Assembly (NCBI RefSeq): GCF_018350175.1
Contig: NC_058383.1
Span: 13,952,001-14,016,000 of the forward strand
DNA length: 64,000 nt
Reading direction: 5' to 3'
From: Felis catus
Taxonomy: Eukaryota
Shown: positions 11,886-24,030 of the stretch, piece by piece
Layout: each line of letters opens with the position of its first letter
How positions within the stretch are numbered: position 1 is the first letter of the stretch
Translations under genes and position numbers: made by a program
Notes under the pieces: generated by a model
What the model saw: the letters and a program-made list of their open reading frames with translations, nothing else
Databases searched by the model: none
Told to the model about the DNA's origin: nothing

Positions 11886-12045
11886 TAAGTGCTTCTCAAA
11901 CTGTTATCTGCTGAAGAGTCTCCTGCAGATGTTGTTAAAAATGCAGATTCTGATCCTGTAGCCCTGGGGTGGGGGCTGGGATCCTGCATTTCTAGCAAAG
12001 TCCCAGGTGGTATTGATGTTGTTGGTCCGCTGACCACACTGGATG
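11886..12045. mobile_element. MER5-like hAT-Charlie fragment
   Basis: gtgcttctcaaact...ttgttaaaaatgcagattctgat...ctgcatttctagcaaagtcccaggtg...ctgaccacact. Confidence 0.75.
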
Positions 12046-12585
12046 GCAAGATTGCTTGTGCTAGAAAAGTAAAGGTATTGTTCCGTGTCATAAAAAATTG
12101 TCCTGCCTGTGTGCTGAGGCTGGGGGTGGCCAAAATGTTAAAGACAGCAATTACCCTGAATTATATTCAAGAGAGGCCTTGGGGGAGGGGCCATTGGAAA
12201 AGCAGAAGGCCCGAGGGCGACACCAAGAAGGCTTATCGGCTGATGTCTGTCTGTCTACGAGTGTGGACGGCTGACCACACCTAATCCCGCTTAGGAATTG
12301 GGTAGCCAGGTGGACATGCAGCAGGGAACAACGCAGACAGGGACCCTGGGGTTTGTCATCTAAGGCAAGAGGCAGACGATAGACGAACACTCGTACGTGC
12401 AAACACGTGATTATAATTATGCTAAGTGTGACGAAGGAAGAGGATGTGGGGGCTGGTCTCGCGGAGTGGGGGAAGGAGGCCCAGGTAAGGAAGACACCAG
12501 GATAAAGGGACACCGAGCCGGACCTTCGGGGTGGGGCGGGGGTCGGCCAGAGGAGTTTGAGCTCTGCCTTTACCGCTTCAGCCCC

Positions 12586-13200
12586 TGTTACGGACTGAGG
12601 TTATGCACCCCCCCGTCCAAGTTCATAGGTTGAAGTCTTAACCCCCAATGTAACTGTATTTGCAGACACAGACTTTATTTTTTGGTCTATTAAAAAAATT
12701 TTTTTTAACATTTGTTCATTTTTGAGAGGCAGAATATGAGCGGGAGAGGGGCAGAGAGAGAGGGAGACTTGGAATCCGAGGCAGGCTCCAGGCTCTGAGT
12801 TCAATGTGGGGGTCGAACCCACGAACAGTGAGATCATGACCCGAGCCGAAGTCGGGCACGTACCGCATTGAGCCACCCAGGCGCCCCTGCAGACTTTGAA
12901 GAGGTCATTACAGTTCAATGAGGTCATAAGGAGGGGCTGGTCTGATGGGAGTGGTGTCCTTACAAGAAGAGGAAGGGACACCAGGGGGAGCATCTGCACA
13001 GACAGAGGACCATGTGAGGACACAGTGAGGAAGCAGCCACCTGCCAGGCAAGGAGCGAGGCCTCAGGAGAAACCAGCCCTGCCCACACCTTGATCTGGGA
13101 CTCCCAGCCTGCAGAACTGCGAGCAAACTCATTTCTGCTGTTTAAGCCCCACCCCCACTGCCACCCCATCTGTGGTATTGTGTTCCCGCAGCCACAGGAG
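12586..13200 (+). mobile_element. MaLR LTR (MLT1A/B-like), interrupted by a SINE
   Basis: tgttacggactga...gttgaagtcttaacccccaatg...aatgaggtcataagg...cacaccttgatctgggactcccagcctgcagaactgcgag...tgtttaagcc. Confidence 0.85.
12677..12887 (-). mobile_element. CanSINE
   Basis: TSD cagacttt at 12669-12676 and 12890-12897. Confidence 0.93.
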
Positions 13201-13360
13201 GAATGGAGGCACTCGTGGCCCCGGGGGAACGCAGGGCCCTGCAAGCTTCTCAACGCAGCAGCGCGTGTTGTCAGAAGTGGCTTCTCTGCTGGATTGTAGA
13301 TCCCCAAATGTGTGCACCTGCTGTGTTCACGTGGATGGTTCACATGCAGGGAAACAGTTT

Positions 13361-14034
13361 GTTTATCTATTATTTATTTATTTACTTATTTATTTTTTCA
13401 ATATATGAAATTTATTGTCCAATTGGTTTCCATACAACACCCAGTGCTCATCCCAAAAGGTGCCCTCCTCCATACCCATCACCCACCCTCCCCTCCCTCC
13501 CACCCCCCATCAACCCTCAGCTTGTTCTCAGTTTTTAAGAGTCTCTTATGCTTTGGCTCTCTCCCACTCTAACCTCTTTTTTTTTTCTTCTTCCCCTCCC
13601 CCACGGGTTTCAGTTAAGTTTCTCAGGATCCACATTAAGAGTGAAAACATACAGTATCTGTCTTTCTCTGCCTGACTTATTTCACTTAGCATAATACCCT
13701 CCAGTTCCATCCACATTGCTACAAAGGGCCAGATTTCATTCTTTCTCATTGCCACGTAGTACTCCGTTGTGTATATAAACCACAATTTCTTTATCCATTC
13801 ATCAGTGGATGGACATTTAGGCTCTTTCCACAATTTGGCTATTGTTGAGAGTGCTGCTACAAACATTGGGGTACAAGTGCCCCTACGCATCAGTACTCCC
13901 GTATCCCTTGGGTAAATTCCTAGCAGTGCTATGGCTGGGTCATAGGGTAGGTCTATTTTTAATTTTTTGAGGAACCTCCACACTGTTTTCCAGAGCGGCT
14001 GCACCAATTTGCATTCCCACCAACAGTGCAAGAG
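13361..14034 (-). mobile_element. young 5'-truncated feline L1 (L1_Fc-like)
   Basis: Uninterrupted ORF2 C-terminus [40 protein letters not shown]...; perfect TSD agggaaacagttt at 13348-13360 and 14035-14047. Confidence 0.96.
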
Positions 14035-14458
14035 AGGGAAACAGTTTAGAAACGGGTTCTTGTTTTGTTTTCTCTTAAAATGACTTCAGGGCGTGCTGGA
14101 GTGGTTCTAGAAATCCCAGGAACCCCAGGATCCTCATGAGCAAAGCACCTTGGCCAGGTTACCCGGAACAAGTCACTTCCACTCTGGGCGTTCCTTTGCT
14201 TTCCCATAATGTGGATTTAAATCCGACTCAGTGTTACAGTTCGGTGTTCCATGACTAATTTCCATAGCACACCCAGGTTCCTTTCTCTCTTTGAAAATAG
14301 CATCGCGGACATCTGGTGTCCAGCCTATCCAGATTAGAGTCCCTGCTTGTCCTCAGGGAACCGCTCTCAGCCTGTTGTTTGGGTGGTCCCCACTGAATCC
14401 TTTAGAGCCGGCTGCTGGGGGCTTCTGTTGACTCTCAGCTTGATGAACAACAACGTGT

Positions 14459-15640
14459 TGTGATATTGCGTATAAAAAGAAATACACATTTTGGTCTTTG
14501 TCCCTGGCTGTTGCCCAGGGCTCCTAAAAACCTTGTAATTTCCTGAGTGATAAGAACAATAGGGGGGCGCCTGGGTGGCGCAGTCGGTTAAGCGTCCGAC
14601 TTCAGCCAGGTCACGATCTCGCGGTCCGTGAGTTCGAGCCCTGCGTCAGGCTCTGGGCTGATGCCTCAGAGCCTGGAGCCTGTTTCCGATTCTGTGTCTC
14701 CCTCTCTCTCTGCCCCTCCCCCGTTCATGCTCTGTTTCTCTCTGTCCCAAAAATAAATAAACGTTGAAAAAAAAAAAAAAAAAGAACAATAGGGCCATCT
14801 TCCATTATAATGCTTGGTTTCTGTCTTGCTCCCCAGATCCTGAAACAGCTCTGGAGTAATTAAAAGGAGCATCTTTTGTTACTTATAACAAGCCCCTTGC
14901 AACCGTATCTTTTATCTTAATGAGGTGACTTTGGGGAAGCACCTAAAGATGGGGGGGCTGATTGCCAGAAGAACCAAACTTGTAATTAGAGAGTTGGTAC
15001 TTTTAGCCACACCCCCACCCCCACCGCTGGAGCAGGGAGAGAGGCTGGAGACCGACTTGCTTGCCAAGGGCAATGATTTAATCAGTCATGCCTACCTAAT
15101 AAAGCCTCCATCAAAACCGTACCCAAAGGGCTTCAGAGAGTGCTGGATTTGTTAAGCAAGCACTCATTTGCGTGCCGGGAGGGTGGTGCATCCCAACACT
15201 GTGGGGACAGAAGTTCCTGCACCCAGGGACCCTCTGAACCTCGCCCTGGGCATTTCTTCATCTGGCTGTTCATTTGCATCTTTAAAATATCTTTTGTCAT
15301 AAATTGGTAATAATGAGGAAAATGTTTCCCTGGGTTCTGTGAGCTGTTCTAGCAAGTTATCAAACCTGAGGAGGGGGTCGTGGGAAGCCGCGGGGTTATC
15401 GCCGGGGTGGCTGTGACTTGTGACTGACTGGTGGGTGTCTCACATGGGGGCAGTCTTGTGGGACAGAGCCCCTAACTTTAGGGTTCTGTGTTAACTCTGG
15501 GCGGTTAGTGTCAGAATTGCGTTGAGTCGTAGGACATCCAGTTGGTCCACCAGGAATTGGAGAATTGCTCGGTGTAGACAAACCCACACATCTGGCGTCA
15601 GAAGCATTGTTGAGCAGAAAAAAAACCTTTTCCTTCTCAC
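14459..15640 (+). mobile_element. solo LTR, MER21-like, interrupted by a SINE
   Basis: tgtgatatt...ggtctttgtccctgg...ctcctaaaaaccttgtaatttcctgagtgata...gtttccctgggttctgtgagctgttctagcaagttatcaaacctgaggagggggtcgtggga...gtgtcagaattg...cacacatctggcgtcagaag. Confidence 0.8.
14564..14781 (+). mobile_element. young CanSINE (SINEC_Fc)
   Basis: Pure poly-A tail; perfect TSD aagaacaatagg at 14552-14563 and 14782-14793. Confidence 0.97.
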
Positions 15641-15677
15641 GCGTTCAGAGCTGAGGCGCCCTTGCACTGTGACCATA

Positions 15678-15697
15678 GCTCCACTAGAGGTCGCTAG
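15678..15697 (+). promoter_or_regulatory. candidate CTCF site
   Basis: ctCCACTAGAGGTCGCTA, one mismatch to the core; TGCAC a short distance upstream may be the upstream module. Confidence 0.4.
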
Positions 15698-15871
15698 AGA
15701 TCGCTAACCACCAATTTGGACACCTTGGTGTTCATAGACACTGCCGATAAGTAGCTGTAGGAACTTAGAAAAGTCACTTCAACTACGTAGAAACTGAGAT
15801 TTAAAGAAGTTGAATATAGGCTCAGAGGCGTGGCTGAAAAAAACCAGGGAAGATACTTGGCATCTGGAAGC

Positions 15872-16062
15872 CATGGTGCTCATGCTTTAGCCCAGCTGGT
15901 TAGAATCACCCGGACGGCTTGTTAAAACACAGGTCGCTGGCCCCATGCCCAGGGTTTCTGACTCCCGAGATCTGGAGGTGGAGCCTGAACATTAGCATTT
16001 CTATCAGATTCCCAGGTGATGCTGGGGCTGCCAAGTCCTGGGGCCACATTTTGAGAACCACC
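15872..16062. mobile_element. MER5A-like DNA transposon
   Basis: ttagaatcacc...cttgttaaaacacag...cccagggtttctgact...gcatttctatcagattcccaggtgatgctg...cacattttgagaacca. Confidence 0.85.
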
Positions 16063-16599
16063 AGGCTCGCCTCGGTCCACACACACATCCTTAATAGCCA
16101 TCAAGATGGCCCCAGGCCCAAAATGGGGAGAGAGTGATGGAGAGCTCTTCCCGCCCAGAGTGATGTGACACCGTGCCATTGAGAACGGCGTCACTCACTC
16201 CATTATCCTGGGCAAGGCCAGAGAAGGCTGATGGAGAGGGGGGTATGTTCCGTGGGGGGTGGGGCCTGCATCTTAGGACCATTTTTTTCCGATTGGGGGA
16301 ACCTGACTCTCCCACCCTGGACCCCACTGTGGTGTCTTGTCTGAAAGCTGTTTGCTGGAAGGCCAGGGCTACAGGAGCTGGAGACAGAGGAGGAAATGCT
16401 GAGTACAAGGTGCAGCTGGGCACCTGTGTTTTCACCGCTCCACAGGACAAGAGCTTATGCTGGGTAGGAGGGACTTTGCAGAAGGTTTTCTTGGTAATCA
16501 TCCTCTGAAGCATAGCGCCACCACCAAGTGTGGGCTGCTGGGGGAGGAGAGGGGACCGTAGAGTAAGAAGCTGTGAGGTGGCTCCCGGGTGACAGGCAG

Positions 16600-16780
16600 T
16601 GACAGAGAGAGAGGGAGGGAGAGAGAAAGAGAAGAAGAGGAGGGGAGGGAAGCAGGAGGGAAAGACAGAGAGAGATAGGGAATGAGAGAGAGTGCGAGCA
16701 GGGAAGGGAAGGAGAGAGAGGGAAAGAGAAAGAGAGAGGGAGAGGGAGTGGAGGAGGGAGGGGGAGAGAAAAAGAGAAGA
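16600..16780. repeat. GA-rich low-complexity tract
   Basis: Almost pure purine sequence on the + strand. Confidence 0.9.
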
Positions 16781-17961
16781 CACACAGTTGCTAGAGGCTG
16801 TGTTGCCAGTGAGGAGGGGTGAAGAGAGCAGATCGTTAAGGGTTTTGAATAGAATGTGAAATCGCGGTGGTAAAATGAACCAGGCCAAGTCTTACACACC
16901 AGAATGAAGCTCTTTCAATAACCCGAATACCTTATAGAATCACACCGTCATTACAGGAGTGGAGTAGATAAGGAGGATCTTCAGAGCACAATTTTTGGGA
17001 AAATGAAACCTTTCATGTTCATCCCCCAACGAGTGGAGACTTCTTAATAAGCCAGCCACAATCCTATTGGCCATATTACCTGGGGTCTTATTTTTGTTGA
17101 ACGACCCAGGAGGATCCTTGGCTGGCTCCCTGCTGGAGCAGGTGTGGTTCAGATTGGAAGACTCCCCTGTGCAACAGGCTGCACCACAAATCCCTTAATA
17201 TTCCTCCCGTCCTGGACTCTAAGCTAGTACCTTGGATCGTCCTCTGCTGTCCTGACCACGGGATTGCTTCCTTCTAGAATCCTGTCTACTTTTTGCCCCC
17301 GAGGTCCTTAGCATTAAAAAATAGATTATGCAGTAAACATAGTATTAAATGCTAGAACTTGTGTTTCCCTAGGAAAATGAAATTTACAGTATCCATGGGA
17401 ACGATTATCATCAAACACTTAATGGCTTTATAAAAAGAAAATGTAACCAAATGGCTATATAGAAGAAGGCACAGTATTAAATTGGCTATAAGGAGGCTCT
17501 AGCTTTGAATATAGCCAAGCAAGCCTTTCATCAGGCAGCAGCAGCATTAATGAGATGTCTTTACTAACCAGAAGTTTTATTTCAGTTCATGACTTTTTTG
17601 GAGAAAGGACACATCGCATGAAAGCAAGTTTGAATAAAAATGTATTCCAGAAAGCAATTTCCAGGAGCCATCTTGGGGCACAACCCCACCTTTTCTCGTT
17701 TTACTTCTGCAAATAAAAATGAACGAGGGGCATTACTGTGGTACGGTGTGAAAACCAATCCACCTGGAGACCAGAGGTCTAGTCTTCACTGGGCGGTCAC
17801 ACACGATTGTGGCCGATGTCTATCTAACCTCTTTCCGGCCTCAGTTTCCCCATCTATAACACGAGGAGGTGGTCTATATCTATATAGATGGGGGGGGGTC
17901 TCATCTATAGATCTATATAGATGGGGGGGGTCTCATCTATAACATGAGATTGCGTGGTCTT

Positions 17962-18147
17962 TTAAATATTTATTTTTGAGAGACAGAGCATGAGTAGGGG
18001 AGGGGCAGAGAGAGAGAGGACAGAAGATCTGAAGTGGGCCCTGTGCTGTCAGCACAGAGCCTGATGCGGGGCTTGAACCCATGAACCGTGAGATCGTGGC
18101 CTGAGCCAAAGTAGGACGCTCAAACAACTGAGCCACCCAGGTGCCCC
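17962..18147 (-). mobile_element. CanSINE
   Basis: TSD gat(tg/ca)cgtggtctt at 17948-17961 and 18150-18163. Confidence 0.94.
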
Positions 18148-18249
18148 TGGATCACGTGGTCTTAAGGCATCTTGCTATATGACATCCTGACATTTCAGGA
18201 TGTCAGGTGCACGGTTAAAAATGATCAGCCCTTGGAGAATTGGGTGATT

Positions 18250-19320
18250 CTATCGGGGCATGAAATATATAAGATGAGCCTGGAGCATCTTATTCTATCA
18301 GGAAGTAAAGAAATGCTACAAACAGACACAAAAACTCTAACAATGGGTCGATTATATAGACCAAACATATATAACATATATGTATATAACATATATAGGT
18401 ATATACATATACATATGTATGTATACATATATATACATACATATACATATATAACATATGTGTATATATATATATATATACAACCCAAACATATAATAAA
18501 CATTTATGAGTCCATACTGATAGAGATAAATGGTTGAATAACAATAAATGGGGGAGAAGAGTCGAATCTTCCGTGCAGAAGAATTTCAAATAATGTATGT
18601 GGATGCCTCATCCTCAAGAAGGTAGAACATCACTGCCCACTCCTTAGGTGTGCACTTGGTGACTTCCTTCCAAAGAGCACAGGAGGGAGAGTGCTTAGTG
18701 ACTTCCTTCCAAAGAGGACAGTATGGAAAGAGGGGTAGAGAGCAACTTTCCGGGAGAGAAACTTGACAAGCCTTGTCTCAGCCAGCCATCAAGGTTAGCA
18801 TCAACAGTGATGTTGATGACAGTGATGTCACGTTGACAGGACGTACCCTTGATGTGAAGAGATGTAGATTATCTCTCTGTGGTCCTTCCCCAAACCCACA
18901 GCGCCAGTCTAATTGCCAGAAAAAATATCAGGCAAATCCCAACTGAGGAACATTTGGAAAAATACTGACCAGTATTCTTGAAAACTCTCAAGGTCATCAT
19001 AAACAAGGAAAGTCCGAGAAACTGTCACAGCCCAGAGCCTAAGGATGAATAAATGAAATGATGAACAAATGAAATGCAGTATCCTGGATGCGATCCTGGG
19101 ACAGAAAAAGAATGGTAGGCAAAATCTCGGGAAATCTGAATAAAGTATGAGCCTCAGTTAATAATAATACGTTAATAGTGGTTCCTTAATTGCAACACAT
19201 GTACTGTTCTAGAGTAAGACGTTCATACTAGGGGAAACTGGGTGTAAGAGTATTTGGGAACTCTCCTGCTAATTCTTTGTTAAATCTAAACTGTTCGGAA
19301 ATCAAGTTTGCAGTTACAAA
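18250..19320 (+). mobile_element. old L1MC/MD-type 3' region
   Basis: gcctggagcatctt...gtgacttccttccaaagag...caaatcccaactgaggaacatt...gaaaactctcaaggtcatcataaacaaggaaag...ctgaataaagtatg. Confidence 0.75.
18364..18480. repeat. degenerate (TA)/(CATA) microsatellite
   Basis: Seen directly. Confidence 0.9.
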
Positions 19321-19429
19321 AGATATATAGTCCCAAGAGCTGTCAAACGGCGCAGAACTGATTCAGTATGGCCAAGAGACTGGTCCGTATAGGGAGACAC
19401 AATTGACAGAAGGTCTACAATACAGATGA

Positions 19430-19981
19430 AAAAAATTGGGTTTAATGAATCAGAAATCTTTTTTCCTGCCCCAGCCTTCCGGTAGATGCAGCTGTTGGAG
19501 CTCCCTCCACACGCAGGCCCAGCTGGTCCAAACCCTGCACACTGCAGGTTTCAGGACTTGCCCTTGACCAGCTCAAGAGAGGTGACCTCTAAGCCATTGA
19601 AATATCCTGCCTGATTAGAGTGTCTTTGCACGCCTGGGGCCTGGGGCCATGCTGGAGAGGGTATGCCAGCAACAGGACTCATGGTAAATGCTCATTTTTG
19701 TTTGCTTCCGAGCCTGGGCCACACTCTATCAGTTTCACTTCCGAGGGCAGGAAGGTTGGAGACTAAATAGCCAAGGTCAGTCATGTGGGCGTTTTATGCC
19801 TACATGACCCCTGATAAAAACACTGGACCCCTGGACCCCACGTCTCAGTTTCCTTTGCTGGTTTTAATCTGCATTGTTTCACTGTAATAAGCTGGAATCA
19901 CAAGGCTAAAAGCTCTTCTGAGTTTTCTAAGTCCTTCTAGAGAACCATCAAAGCTGACAGTGGTCTTGGGAACCCCGACAC
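19430..19981 (+). mobile_element. LTR remnant, MER77/MER21 group
   Basis: atcctgcctgattagagtgtctttg...ggggccatgctgg...aaggtcagtcatgtgggc...agtccttctagagaaccatcaaagctg...gtggtcttgggaaccccgacac. Confidence 0.6.
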
Positions 19982-21519
19982 TTCCTGGCACACAGACTGA
20001 GGTCTCCAGCCTTCTACATCTTGACAGATCTAATAAGAGAGTAGGACACAGCCAGCTGGGGGCACCCGTAACCTGGTGATTGTTTGAGAATATAAATCGC
20101 CTGATCAATTAGCCAATTATCCATTTCCCTCCATTAGTCCCCAATCAATACCTCAGAACTTAGAAAAGCGCATGTTCCATTTCCTCTTCCCTCCAGCTGC
20201 TGAAAGCCATCATAATTTGGAGGTGATTTCGTCCAGTTTTAAAAGACACACACAAAAGAATTCAATCATTTTTCTGCCTGATAAATCTCTACGCTCCCTG
20301 AGGACATGAACGCTGCTGTTCTCACTGCGACAGGCCCCAGTGCAAAGCTCTCCCTGGAAGCTGAGACAGGGGTTTGGCTCACTGGGCTGCTCAGGGCTTG
20401 CTGAGGTCTGGCTCCGGCCTGGCGAGGTGGGGGTGGGGGGGGTGTGGAGAGAGGATTGACGCTCTGGGAGGGACAGAAAAAAGCTGCAGAGGTGGAGGGA
20501 CAGGAGCCAGGTTGGGGACCACTGCTGTGGCTGAGACATTTATTGGCGGTCGGGGGTAGATATTTGGTCCGTGTCTCCCACGCATCTGTAACAGGAAGTT
20601 GCTGTGGAGCTGGCCTGAGCTCCACCTGAGGAAGCTCCAAAGTGGCTGGGAAGTCCGGGGTCCTGCCAAGAAGGCAAAGAGGCTGAATTTGGGTGGTACG
20701 AGCACCCCCCCCTCCCTCCGGCCGGAGCCCTTTCTTGGCTGGCTGGAATTACAGGCACAGATGTTGCCATGGTGCGACCCAGGCTGCAAGCCTAAGGGGT
20801 CAGGGGCAGCCCCTGGAGGCTCTAGTTGAAAGCGTATGAACCCAGATGCCCGGACCTGTCTTGGAGATAAACACACGGTGCCAGCAGTCATGGTGGCCGC
20901 TGGTCCATCGGGAGGCAGAAGGTGGTCTTTCTCTACTCAATGACTTCTAAGGCCGTGTCCCTATAAACTCGTGTGTCACAAGTCAGTTTTCTCTTTGATT
21001 GGATCCGTTGGTCAGGGGTGACTGAGCACATCCGGGGACTTGAGGGAGCTGAAGGGCAGAGCTCCTGGGCCCAGGAAGGAAGACCTTTGAGGGCAAGGTC
21101 ATCCGGCTGAGACACACCGTGGTGACTTCCGGCTTCTCAGCCCACGGAGGCTGGAGCTACTTGGAGAGTTCCAATTCCAGTTTCTGCCCTGGGAATGAAG
21201 AGGAATGCTTCCAGCTGGGTTTAAACACATTAATTCCCAAATTGAGTTTGGCTCTCTTGCTATTTAAAAACCCTATTTGGTAAGCACTTCACAGAGCAAT
21301 AGCTCTGGAAGAGAAAGATTACTTTCCCATTAGCTGGGCTTAGTTATTCAAACGACCGTCAAAGGGGCTTGAAGTGGGATGTGGGTTTCAAAGCCCAGGT
21401 GAGAAGCCTGGGCTCCCCCACAGGGGTCCTCCGGTCCTTCCCACGCTCAGGGCCCCTTGGGAAATGCTCCTTGAGAGCAAGCAGGGAATTGAGGATGTAA
21501 AGAAACTGAACATGGAGAA

Positions 21520-21608
21520 ACCTGGGTGGCTCAGTCAGTTAAGCATCCGACTCATGATTTCGACTCAGGTCAGGATCTCGAGGTTCATGAGTTCCGTTTT
21601 GGGCTCTC
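21520..21608 (+). mobile_element. CanSINE 5' half, no tail
   Basis: cctgggtggctcagtcagttaagcatccgactc...catgagttc, then similarity is lost. Confidence 0.8.
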
Positions 21609-22364
21609 TACCTTCCCTTGACCTAAGCTCTATTGAACCGTGGGTCCTGTGCAGGGTCTGACGGGATTTCTGTCCCCAACCCTCATGGGGTTGGCATGAT
21701 ATGAAGCTGACACATGGAAACAGTTCTCGAAATGAACCAAACTCAGCCTAGTGGGATGACTGGTCAGGGAAGGAAGTGGCCTCTAACCCTGTGTCCCGAA
21801 GCACGGGGAGAACTGATCCGGGTAAGGGCCATGGAGGAGGGATAGGGGTGGGGAGTGACGAGGGGGGAAGAGAGAGAAAGGACAGGCATGCTGGACATTG
21901 GCCATTGTTCAAGGCCACACAGCATCTGAATCCCCTCTTTCTGTCTGGGGAGCTCCCCTCTTGTGAGGCTTGATTAGTAGCAAGACGGCCATTGTGGAAG
22001 CCAAAACGTGTCATTCTCAACTCCCTTTCGGTTCAGATAGGCACGTGACCGGCTCCACCTGTCTGTACATTTGCACCACCTTTCACCTGGGAGCTGGTGA
22101 TGTGAAGACACAGGTCTGTGCAAGGTCTGTTTTGCAGTCAGAATGGATGTTTCACTGCCCAGAAACAGTAGTGCTGCAATTAACCAGAACGTCCAGGGTT
22201 TGACATTGGTGGCGTCTGAAGTACAAGCTCAGGGCTCTGGACGCTGCTGTGACGTCAGTGATAGCTTCTGCCCCTTGACTTTAGACCTCATCCTGATCCT
22301 GGAACCTTCGGGTCTGGTCTCGAATGCTGGACGGCATGTGAACTATTATCTTCTACTTATTTTT

Positions 22365-22585
22365 TAATTGTTTTTAAGCTTATTTATTTCTTTTGAGAGA
22401 GAGAGAGAGAAAGAGAGAGAGGTGGGGAGGGGCAGAGAGAGAGAGGGAGAGAGAGAATCCCAAGCAGGTTCTGCAGTGTCAACGCAGAGCCCGACGCGGG
22501 GCTTGAATGCGCTAAACCGTGAGATCATGATCTGAGCTGAAACTAAGGGTCGGACGCTCATCTGACTAAGCCACCCAGGTGCCCC
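22365..22585 (-). mobile_element. CanSINE
   Basis: Full element; flanking attatct...ttattttt duplication. Confidence 0.94.
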
Positions 22586-23132
22586 ATTATCTCTTATTTT
22601 TAATTAAATACTAAATTCACTAAATATTAATTATATATTTTTAGTTGGCAATAATTGTTGATTTGCATGCAGTTGTAAAATGAATACAGAGTAGCACAGA
22701 GGATTTTTAGGGCAGTGAAAACATTCTGTACGATACCCTCATGATAGATACACATTTGTCCAAAACCATAGGTTGTACCACACCAAGAGTGAATGGTAAT
22801 AATTATATTACCATAAGGGAAATCTCCGTACTTCCCTTTCAGTTTTGCTGCGAACCTAAAACTGCTCTAAAAAACCAAAGTCTTAAAAAAATATTGCCCC
22901 ACTCCCCGCAAAAAAACAAAATCAAATTGACAGTATTAAATTATTTTGGTATATTTAAAAAACTTTTTTTTCCTAGTAAAAGAATATATGTGCATAAAAT
23001 ACAGGGAGATCTTGTGTTTGTTCCTTCAGTGATAATATCTTGCAAGCTATACTACATTATAATGAGAATACTGACATAGAGGCAGTCGAGATATAGAACA
23101 TTTCCATCATCACAAGGTTCTGTTGTCTTTCT

Positions 23133-23357
23133 TTTTTTTTTTATTTTTATTTTTGACGTTTATTTATTTTTGAGACAGAGAGAGACAGAGCATGAACAGG
23201 GGAGGGGCAGAGAGAGAGGGAGACACAGAATCGGAAACAGGCTCCAGGCTCTGAGCCATCAGCCCAGAGCCGGACGCGGGGCTCGAACTCACGGACCGCG
23301 AGATCGTGACCTGAGCCGAAGTCGGCCGCTTAACCGACTGAGCCACCCAGGCACCCC
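23133..23357 (-). mobile_element. CanSINE (fairly young)
   Basis: Perfect 17 bp TSD ggttctgttgtctttct at 23116-23132 and 23360-23376. Confidence 0.97.
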
Positions 23358-23821
23358 ATGGTTCTGTTGTCTTTCTATAGCCACCCACACCACTGCCCCC
23401 ACCCCATCCTTAACTCCTGGCATCACTAATCTTTTCTCCATTTCTAGAATTTTGCCATTTCAAGAATGTCGTGAAGATAGTTATGAGGTACATAACTCTA
23501 TTGGGACTGGCTTTCTTTTTTTTAACTCAGTGTAATTCTCTGGAGGTTTCTACACGTAGTTGCATGTATTAATGGGTTGTTCCTGGTTATCGTTGAGTAT
23601 ATTCCACGGTATGGATGTACCATGGTTTGTTTAACTATCCACGGAAGGACATCTGGGTTATTGCTAATTTGGGTATTATGCTATGGGTAACTTGCTATAA
23701 ACATTTGTGTATAGGTTTTTATATGGATGTAAGTCTCCCTACTCTGGGATAAATGCCCCAAAGTGCAATTGTTAGGTTATATGGTAATTGTATGTTTGAT
23801 TTTTAAGAAAGTGCAAACTTT

Positions 23822-24030
23822 GGGGCACGTGGGTGGCTTAGTCAATTGAGCATCTGACCCTTGGTTTCAGCTTGGGTCATGTTCTTGCAGTTTGTGAGTT
23901 CGAACCCCACATGGGGCTCTGCATTGACAGTGTGGAGCCTGCTTGGGATTCTCTCTCTCTCTCCCTCTCTCTCTGCTCCTTCGTCACTTGTGCACTTTCT
24001 CTCTATCAAAATAAATAAATAAATGAAAAA
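23822..24030 (+). mobile_element. CanSINE (older)
   Basis: ggggcacgtgggtggctt head, (CT)n and aaataaataaat tail. Confidence 0.93.

Noticed and set aside
13546..14031. 161 aa ORF with clear protein homology
   Set aside because: L1 ORF2 C-terminus of a 5'-truncated insertion, not a host gene
14564..14650. tRNA-like A/B box sequences
   Set aside because: tRNA-derived SINE heads followed by CT tract and tail, not tRNA genes
16091..16888. 265 aa Leu/Ser-rich ORF
   Set aside because: Spans the GA low-complexity tract; no recognisable domain
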